Source of the DNA: Selaginella moellendorffii
Lineage: Eukaryota > Plantae > Lycopodiophyta
Length of the DNA: 6,488 nt
Reading direction: 5' to 3'
NCBI RefSeq assembly: GCF_000143415.4
Contig: NW_003314686.1
Location: 1-6,488 of the forward strand
Part shown: positions 1 through 6,141 of the stretch, piece after piece
Layout of the letters: each line of letters starts with the position of its first letter
How positions within the stretch are numbered: position 1 is the first letter of the stretch
Notes under the pieces: model-generated
Databases searched by the model: none
Told to the model about the DNA's origin: nothing
What the model saw: the letters and a program-made list of their open reading frames with translations, nothing else
Position numbers and translations under genes: made by a program

Positions 1-2509
1 GCCATGATCGCTGAAATCCGAGCGCACTGCCCTTCAAAGTGGTTGTGGTTCCGAGCCTCCCAGAGTGCCTGTACCCCGGAAGCCCGCCATACCTCCCATC
101 TCGCCCGTCCAAGGGCCTCCCACACTGTAGTCCCAACTTCGGCGCCTACCGCATCCCACCTAACTCGGGTGCCCCATCCTGAGCGTCCCCAACACCCGAT
201 CTTCCGCCAAGCTGCTCCTGTGCTTGGTCCCCTTGCCTCTAGAAACCATTGGGTGACATCCCCTTCTCGAATTTCGAACTCCTGCTTGTCCCCTAGTTCC
301 CTCGTCGCTTTTGCTACCTGCCGCCACGTCTCCTTGGCCACGTCACAATCCCAGAGGAGGTGTGTGACCGTCTCCAGTTCCCCGCATTCCGGACACTTGC
401 GAGCATTCTCCGCTTGAAATCGCTGGCCTACTGGCAGCCCATTCGTCGCCACGAGCCAAGAGGTTACCTTTGATTTTTCCTGGATCGGTAGTTTCCAGAA
501 CGCCACGGTATTGTCAATCACCTGGTCCGCCTCCACTCCTAGCGCGATCCACTTTTGCCACAGTCGTGGGATTTCTTCTCTCTCAAATTCCCTGTTCACC
601 ATCAAACCGTTCCGCGCATCCTTGACCTCGTAAGTGAAGAAGCTGTTCGCCCCGCGTCTCCACGCTGCTGGGTCCCAGTCCAGGTCTTCTATTAACTCTT
701 TCCTCCACCATATTAGCCGTCCCTCTCCTTCTAGCCAGCATGGTGACTCTACCACTTCTGTCCGAGTTGCTGTCTGTCTTAGAACCCGGATTCGTCCTTT
801 CACTTCATCGTCCGTGACCTGCGGCATCTGTTGGGGATTCCCCACCTCGAGGAGTGTGTCGCCTCTCACTACACGAAAAGGCCTACCGAGGTTCTGGTCT
901 GGGTCTGTCACAAACCACACCTCAATCTCCCCCTCATTCCACGCTGGGGTTGGCATCGTGAATGCCCGAGTCCATTTCCCAAGTGGTACTTGCTCGCCGT
1001 CCGACGTTTCCTCCCTTTGAATTGCCACAAAGTCCCCAGCGTGTAGTCTTCTTGCTGGCCATTTATCCACTGTCCGTGCCTCTGTCACAGCCCGCAGTAG
1101 CTTCAGTAGATCCCACTTCACGTCCCGCCACTTCCCTGGCCCGAAAACTTGGAAGCGCCGGGACGATTTCTGTGGATCCGGATCTACCACTCCAACTAGT
1201 TGTTTGACTGTCCTGAAGCCTCCTTGGTGTACCCGCCTCCATATGGTGTAGTGGTTCTCTCGACCTAGTGTCCTGTCTCCTGCCTTGAACAACTCATTGA
1301 AAAATAGCGGCTGGTTCAGCCAGTCCTCTGCCCTGTTTGGGATGACCTGCGTCACTGGAAATGACTTCCAGAGCCGATGGAGACCCTGGACCAACTGGCC
1401 TCCCCCTACCACCTGTGTTTGGCCCTCCGCAAACATCCAGCGGGGGTCCTCATCCCACACTCTTGCGAATCCGTGCTTCGGCCTAATGGCTAGCATGCTC
1501 TGCCTGAACAAGAGCTTCCAAACTTGGGCCCCCGGTTGAAGGCCCATTAATATGACTTTGTACCTCAGCGCCTTGCTCATGTCACTTGGGTCGATTATCC
1601 CCAAGCCGCCTAGAACTCGTGGTCTCGCCGTCGACTGCCATGCCACCTTGGCCATCGTCCGGCCACTGACCAGCGCTCCCTTCCACACATACATGCGCAC
1701 CATGGACCTTATGTGCTTGAGTGTTGTCTCTAGAACCGGCCATACTGAGAGGTGGTACCACGTACTCGGCAACACAATGCTTTTCGCCACCACCACCCTT
1801 GCCGGCAGTCCCAGTTTCCGTGGCGCCCATTTCTGAATCGCAGTTCTGGTCCTCCGCAGCAGCGCTGAGTCCTGCGTAGAAGCTTTGAACTCACCTCCTA
1901 CCTGAATTCCCAGGTAGCGTGTGTCCTCCCCTGGTGGTAGCCACTGAAAGTCGATGTCGCGTCCCCACGCCTCTATGTCAGATTCCCCCCAGTTGATTCC
2001 TATCGACTTGTTCCAGTTGATGGCCGCTCCTGCTGCTGCATTGAAGGCCTCTAGCCTGGCCCTTGCAGTGTCCAGGTTAGCCTTGGTACCTAGCAGAAAG
2101 AGTGCTGTATCATCCGCGAACGCGCTGTCGAGCAGGTCCCTTCCCACCGTTTGAGTTCCTGGGAGTTGCTGTCTTTCCTTGGGTAACTCCACGCCCCTGA
2201 TTCCTTCACCCTCCGCCAGGAACGCCCCTAGAGCCTCCGCAACCATGAGGAAGAGGTACGGAGCCAACGGGCAGCCTTGATGCACCGACCTCCCTAGCCG
2301 AAACCGCGGGCCTGTTTCTCCATTGATGACCACCCTGCTTGATGCTCCCCGGTACAGGAGAGCGATGCGTGTTACCATGGGCGCTGGGATTCCTATCCGT
2401 CCCATACAGTCCTCCAGGAAGTCCCAGTCCACCCGGTCGTACGCCTTCTCGAAATCCAGTAGCCACGCCACCACATTCTGCCTCGAGGATTTTGCCCATC
2501 TTTGTGCCA
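1..2509 (-). mobile_element. Non-LTR retrotransposon (L1/Tx1-like), copy A; 5'-truncated inside RT, 3' part runs off the window
   Basis: 1-2509 matches 2891-5399 with no indels and 6 substitutions found by manual comparison (153/3043, 192/3082, 1947/4837, 2281/5171, 2406/5296, 2457/5347). FADD codons at 2109-2120; CCHC knuckle at 345-395. The boundary is ambiguous between 2498 and 2516 because of microhomology. Confidence 0.93.
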
Positions 2510-2510
2510 T
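1..2510 (-). pseudogene. Truncated ORF2 of copy A (partial RT, linker, CCHC zinc knuckle); frame open to the window edge
   Basis: Same frame as the 982-aa ORF from 'AQRWAKSSRQNVVAWLLDFEKAYDRV' onward; none of the 6 differences creates a stop. The junction converts CTG to ATG at 2510-2508. It lacks the NWRPI and QTGF RT motifs and has SVRQG->SVHQG. Absent from the ORF track, probably because its stop lies outside the window. Confidence 0.75.
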
Positions 2511-5500
2511 AGGTCCCTGGGTCGATGCAACGTGTATGTACATTTCTCCAAGTCCCTTAGGGACTGATACAAAAAGCAAGAATCCCTTAGTGCTGTTCAC
2601 TCAACTACGCTGTCCTGCAATTCTCCACCTAATAGTGATCGCTGCCCTCCAATCGTGGCTGCTGTGGTCGTCGCCTCCGCAGTGCATCCAGTGCCAGATC
2701 GCCACGTCGAGCCTCCTTTGTTACCGTGTCCGAAGGTCTCCATTTCCACTTGACCTCCCCCTCGTGTTCAGTACCGTAGCACGGAGTCCATAGTCGTCGC
2801 CAAGCTGTGAGTGCCTCCCTGTTTTTCCCATGCTCCTGGAGCAGCGTATCCCTCAAGCGGATAGCAGCTAGTGTGAGCCTCCACCAGTTCGCCATGATCG
2901 CTGAAATCCGAGCGCACTGCCCTTCAAAGTGGTTGTGGTTCCGAGCCTCCCAGAGTGCCTGTACCCCGGAAGCCCGCCATACCTCCCATCTCGCCCGTCC
3001 AAGGGCCTCCCACACTGTAGTCCCAACTTCGGCGCCTACCGCGTCCCACCTAACTCGGGTGCCCCATCCTGAGCGTCCCCAGCACCCGATCTTCCGCCAA
3101 GCTGCTCCTGTGCTTGGTCCCCTTGCCTCTAGAAACCATTGGGTGACATCCCCTTCTCGAATTTCGAACTCCTGCTTGTCCCCTAGTTCCCTCGTCGCTT
3201 TTGCTACCTGCCGCCACGTCTCCTTGGCCACGTCACAATCCCAGAGGAGGTGTGTGACCGTCTCCAGTTCCCCGCATTCCGGACACTTGCGAGCATTCTC
3301 CGCTTGAAATCGCTGGCCTACTGGCAGCCCATTCGTCGCCACGAGCCAAGAGGTTACCTTTGATTTTTCCTGGATCGGTAGTTTCCAGAACGCCACGGTA
3401 TTGTCAATCACCTGGTCCGCCTCCACTCCTAGCGCGATCCACTTTTGCCACAGTCGTGGGATTTCTTCTCTCTCAAATTCCCTGTTCACCATCAAACCGT
3501 TCCGCGCATCCTTGACCTCGTAAGTGAAGAAGCTGTTCGCCCCGCGTCTCCACGCTGCTGGGTCCCAGTCCAGGTCTTCTATTAACTCTTTCCTCCACCA
3601 TATTAGCCGTCCCTCTCCTTCTAGCCAGCATGGTGACTCTACCACTTCTGTCCGAGTTGCTGTCTGTCTTAGAACCCGGATTCGTCCTTTCACTTCATCG
3701 TCCGTGACCTGCGGCATCTGTTGGGGATTCCCCACCTCGAGGAGTGTGTCGCCTCTCACTACACGAAAAGGCCTACCGAGGTTCTGGTCTGGGTCTGTCA
3801 CAAACCACACCTCAATCTCCCCCTCATTCCACGCTGGGGTTGGCATCGTGAATGCCCGAGTCCATTTCCCAAGTGGTACTTGCTCGCCGTCCGACGTTTC
3901 CTCCCTTTGAATTGCCACAAAGTCCCCAGCGTGTAGTCTTCTTGCTGGCCATTTATCCACTGTCCGTGCCTCTGTCACAGCCCGCAGTAGCTTCAGTAGA
4001 TCCCACTTCACGTCCCGCCACTTCCCTGGCCCGAAAACTTGGAAGCGCCGGGACGATTTCTGTGGATCCGGATCTACCACTCCAACTAGTTGTTTGACTG
4101 TCCTGAAGCCTCCTTGGTGTACCCGCCTCCATATGGTGTAGTGGTTCTCTCGACCTAGTGTCCTGTCTCCTGCCTTGAACAACTCATTGAAAAATAGCGG
4201 CTGGTTCAGCCAGTCCTCTGCCCTGTTTGGGATGACCTGCGTCACTGGAAATGACTTCCAGAGCCGATGGAGACCCTGGACCAACTGGCCTCCCCCTACC
4301 ACCTGTGTTTGGCCCTCCGCAAACATCCAGCGGGGGTCCTCATCCCACACTCTTGCGAATCCGTGCTTCGGCCTAATGGCTAGCATGCTCTGCCTGAACA
4401 AGAGCTTCCAAACTTGGGCCCCCGGTTGAAGGCCCATTAATATGACTTTGTACCTCAGCGCCTTGCTCATGTCACTTGGGTCGATTATCCCCAAGCCGCC
4501 TAGAACTCGTGGTCTCGCCGTCGACTGCCATGCCACCTTGGCCATCGTCCGGCCACTGACCAGCGCTCCCTTCCACACATACATGCGCACCATGGACCTT
4601 ATGTGCTTGAGTGTTGTCTCTAGAACCGGCCATACTGAGAGGTGGTACCACGTACTCGGCAACACAATGCTTTTCGCCACCACCACCCTTGCCGGCAGTC
4701 CCAGTTTCCGTGGCGCCCATTTCTGAATCGCAGTTCTGGTCCTCCGCAGCAGCGCTGAGTCCTGCGTAGAAGCTTTGAACTCACCTCCTACCTGAATTCC
4801 CAGGTAGCGTGTGTCCTCCCCTGGTGGTAGCCACTGGAAGTCGATGTCGCGTCCCCACGCCTCTATGTCAGATTCCCCCCAGTTGATTCCTATCGACTTG
4901 TTCCAGTTGATGGCCGCTCCTGCTGCTGCATTGAAGGCCTCTAGCCTGGCCCTTGCAGTGTCCAGGTTAGCCTTGGTACCTAGCAGAAAGAGTGCTGTAT
5001 CATCCGCGAACGCGCTGTCGAGCAGGTCCCTTCCCACCGTTTGAGTTCCTGGGAGTTGCTGTCTTTCCTTGGGTAACTCCACGCCCCTGATTCCTTCACC
5101 CTCCGCCAGGAACGCCCCTAGAGCCTCCGCAACCATGAGGAAGAGGTACGGAGCCAACGGGCAGCCTTGACGCACCGACCTCCCTAGCCGAAACCGCGGG
5201 CCTGTTTCTCCATTGATGACCACCCTGCTTGATGCTCCCCGGTACAGGAGAGCGATGCGTGTTACCATGGGCGCTGGGATTCCTATCCGTCCCATGCAGT
5301 CCTCCAGGAAGTCCCAGTCCACCCGGTCGTACGCCTTCTCGAAATCAAGTAGCCACGCCACCACATTCTGCCTCGAGGATTTTGCCCATCTTTGTGCCAG
5401 GAGATAGGTCCAACTATTCTCCGCAATCTGTCTCCCTGGTACAAAGCCTGTCTGTTGTTCTCGAATAATGATGGGCATCACCGGTTGCAATTTAAGCGCC

Positions 5501-5571
5501 ATGTCCTTGGCGTAGATTTTGTACGCTGTGTTGAGCATTGTTATTGGTCTCCAGTTGGGTAGCTCTTGAAG
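2510..5571 (-). mobile_element. Non-LTR retrotransposon (L1/Tx1-like), copy B; 5'-truncated at the start of the RT domain, with ~119-nt 3' UTR and no poly(A)
   Basis: Contains the 982-aa ORF and 3' UTR 2628-2510. From 5572 the sequence belongs to a different repeat (5572-5650 matches 5927-6005), so the LINE ends at about 5571-5572. Confidence 0.95.
2629..5571 (-). CDS. LINE ORF2 fragment: non-LTR reverse transcriptase plus C-terminal CX2CX8HX4C zinc knuckle (zf-RVT-like); no endonuclease domain; 5'-partial
   Basis: L1-type RT motifs in order: NWRPITMLNTAYKIYAK, QTGFVPGRQIAEN, LDFEKAYDRVDW, SVRQGCPLAPYLF, AFADDT (FADD at 4999-5010), INWNKS, RYLGI, KVAW...GGLGI. Knuckle CPECGELETVTHLLWDC at 3235-3285. 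Stop TAG at 2631-2629. The TTG 'start' at 5577 lies in flanking non-LINE DNA. Confidence 0.92.
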   Translation of the reverse strand, partial: LQELPNWRPITMLNTAYKIYAKDMALKLQPVMPIIIREQQTGFVPGRQIAENSWTYLLAQRWAKSSRQNVVAWLLDFEKAYDRVDWDFLEDCMGRIGIPAPMVTRIALLYRGASSRVVINGETGPRFRLGRSVRQGCPLAPYLFLMVAEALGAFLAEGEGIRGVELPKERQQLPGTQTVGRDLLDSAFADDTALFLLGTKANLDTARARLEAFNAAAGAAINWNKSIGINWGESDIEAWGRDIDFQWLPPGEDTRYLGIQVGGEFKASTQDSALLRRTRTAIQKWAPRKLGLPARVVVAKSIVLPSTWYHLSVWPVLETTLKHIRSMVRMYVWKGALVSGRTMAKVAWQSTARPRVLGGLGIIDPSDMSKALRYKVILMGLQPGAQVWKLLFRQSMLAIRPKHGFARVWDEDPRWMFAEGQTQVVGGGQLVQGLHRLWKSFPVTQVIPNRAEDWLNQPLFFNELFKAGDRTLGRENHYTIWRRVHQGGFRTVKQLVGVVDPDPQKSSRRFQVFGPGKWRDVKWDLLKLLRAVTEARTVDKWPARRLHAGDFVAIQREETSDGEQVPLGKWTRAFTMPTPAWNEGEIEVWFVTDPDQNLGRPFRVVRGDTLLEVGNPQQMPQVTDDEVKGRIRVLRQTATRTEVVESPCWLEGEGRLIWWRKELIEDLDWDPAAWRRGANSFFTYEVKDARNGLMVNREFEREEIPRLWQKWIALGVEADQVIDNTVAFWKLPIQEKSKVTSWLVATNGLPVGQRFQAENARKCPECGELETVTHLLWDCDVAKETWRQVAKATRELGDKQEFEIREGDVTQWFLEARGPSTGAAWRKIGCWGRSGWGTRVRWDAVGAEVGTTVWEALGRARWEVWRASGVQALWEARNHNHFEGQCARISAIMANWWRLTLAAIRLRDTLLQEHGKNREALTAWRRLWTPCYGTEHEGEVKWKWRPSDTVTKEARRGDLALDALRRRRPQQPRLEGSDHY

Positions 5572-5650
5572 GCACAAAGTGGTGCCGCGATCTCGCCGGA
5601 TTGCAACACCACGGGGTGTCTTTGACCCTAAACGCCTAAACGCGCCTAAA
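5572..5650 (+). repeat. 5'-truncated second copy of the hammerhead-element 3' end, including the variant telomeric linker
   Basis: 5572-5650 matches 5927-6005 (offset 355) with 3 transitions (5587/5942, 5606/5961, 5611/5966). It ends in CCCTAAA CGCCTAAA CGCGCCTAAA (5626-5650). Confidence 0.93.
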
Positions 5651-5775
5651 TCCTAAACCCTAAACCCTAAACCCTAAACCCTAAACCCTAAACCCTAAAC
5701 CCTAAACCCTAAACCCTAAACCCTAACCCTAAACCCTAAACCCTAAACCCTAAACCCTAAACCCTAAACCCTAAA
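5651..5775 (+). repeat. Interstitial plant-type telomeric tract 1, (CCCTAAA)n / (TTTAGGG)n
   Basis: 10 heptamers (the first is TCCTAAA), one CCCTAA at 5721-5726, then 7 heptamers; 125 bp in total. Confidence 0.98.
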
Positions 5776-5817
5776 CCGGCTGATGAGTCCCAAAAAGGAC
5801 GAAACCGGTCTCGGGTT
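5773..5817 (+). ncRNA. Minimal type I hammerhead ribozyme; predicted cleavage after GUC at 5810
   Basis: Core CTGATGA 5780-5786; helix II GTCC/GGAC (5787-5790/5797-5800) with loop CAAAAA; GAAA 5801-5804; palindromic helix III ACCGGT 5804-5809; cleavage triplet GTC 5808-5810; helix I CCGG (5776-5779) with TCGG (5811-5814), extendable by AA/TT across a bulged G. Confidence 0.9.
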
Positions 5818-6005
5818 GTCTCTTGTCCTCTCCCTCGCTCACGAATGAATGAAAATTCATTCCCTCACCTCCTCTACTTGCTCTCGATCACGCCGTTTCA
5901 ACAACGGCACACGGAGAATGTGGATTGCACAAAGTGGTGCCACGATCTCGCCGGATTGCAGCACCGCGGGGTGTCTTTGACCCTAAACGCCTAAACGCGC
6001 CTAAA
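5776..6005 (+). mobile_element. Small non-coding hammerhead-bearing element with a telomere-complementary 3' tail (3' end/pLTR of a Penelope-like element, or a retrozyme-like unit)
   Basis: The hammerhead, structured body and variant CCCTAAA linker all lie on the C-rich strand, with telomeric tracts on both sides and a partial second copy 355 bp upstream. The class is inferred from architecture only; no PLE ORF is present in the window. Confidence 0.65.
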
Positions 6006-6130
6006 CCCTAAACCCTAAACCCTAAACCCTAAACCCTAAACCCTAAACCCTAAACCCTAAACCCTAACCCTAAACCCTAAACCCTAAACCCTAAACCCTA
6101 AACCCTGAACCCTAAACCCTAAACCCTAAA
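6006..6130 (+). repeat. Interstitial plant-type telomeric tract 2, (CCCTAAA)n
   Basis: 8 heptamers, one CCCTAA at 6062-6067, then 9 heptamers (one is CCCTGAA at 6103-6109); 125 bp. Preceded by the variant linker at 5981-6005. Confidence 0.98.
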
Positions 6131-6141
6131 TCTTTGTGCCA

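Larger units (their letters stand above)
1..5399. repeat. Direct tandem repeat with 2890-bp period (about 99.8% identity over 2509 bp)
   Basis: 'gccatgatcgctgaaatccg' at 1 and 2891; identity continues to 2509/5399. The ORF track shows the same short ORFs offset by 2890. Confidence 0.98.

Noticed and set aside
1-5399. The 2890-bp duplication as an assembly artefact
   Set aside because: The copies differ by mostly synonymous substitutions without indels, and the A/B junction recurs at 6131-6148. Read-level confirmation is still advisable.
4-5468. Many short + strand ORFs (64-166 aa) and short - strand ORFs in alternative frames
   Set aside because: They are shadows of the LINE ORF2, have no recognisable motifs, and are duplicated only because the element is duplicated.
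5572-5577. TTG start of the 982-aa ORF as a real initiation codon for a stand-alone RT gene
   Set aside because: It lies in the hammerhead-element repeat (matches 5927-5932), and the ORF begins abruptly just before NWRPI, typical of 5' truncation.
5776-6005. Telomerase RNA gene or tRNA-derived SINE
   Set aside because: There is no isolated ~1.5-repeat template, no recognisable USE/TATA promoter or oligo-T terminator, only a weak A-box resemblance and no convincing B-box. The hammerhead and tandem truncated copies fit a retroelement better.
5626-6130. CRISPR-like array, or the actual terminal telomere
   Set aside because: These are simple heptamer tandem repeats with no spacers; the tracts are short and flanked by other DNA on both sides, so they are interstitial here.
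5571-6140. MITE or DNA transposon bounded by 9-bp inverted repeats GGCACAAAG/CTTTGTGCC
   Set aside because: No target-site duplication is present, and each arm is explained as part of another element (hammerhead body; RT-internal sequence). The motif is reported as a junction signal instead.
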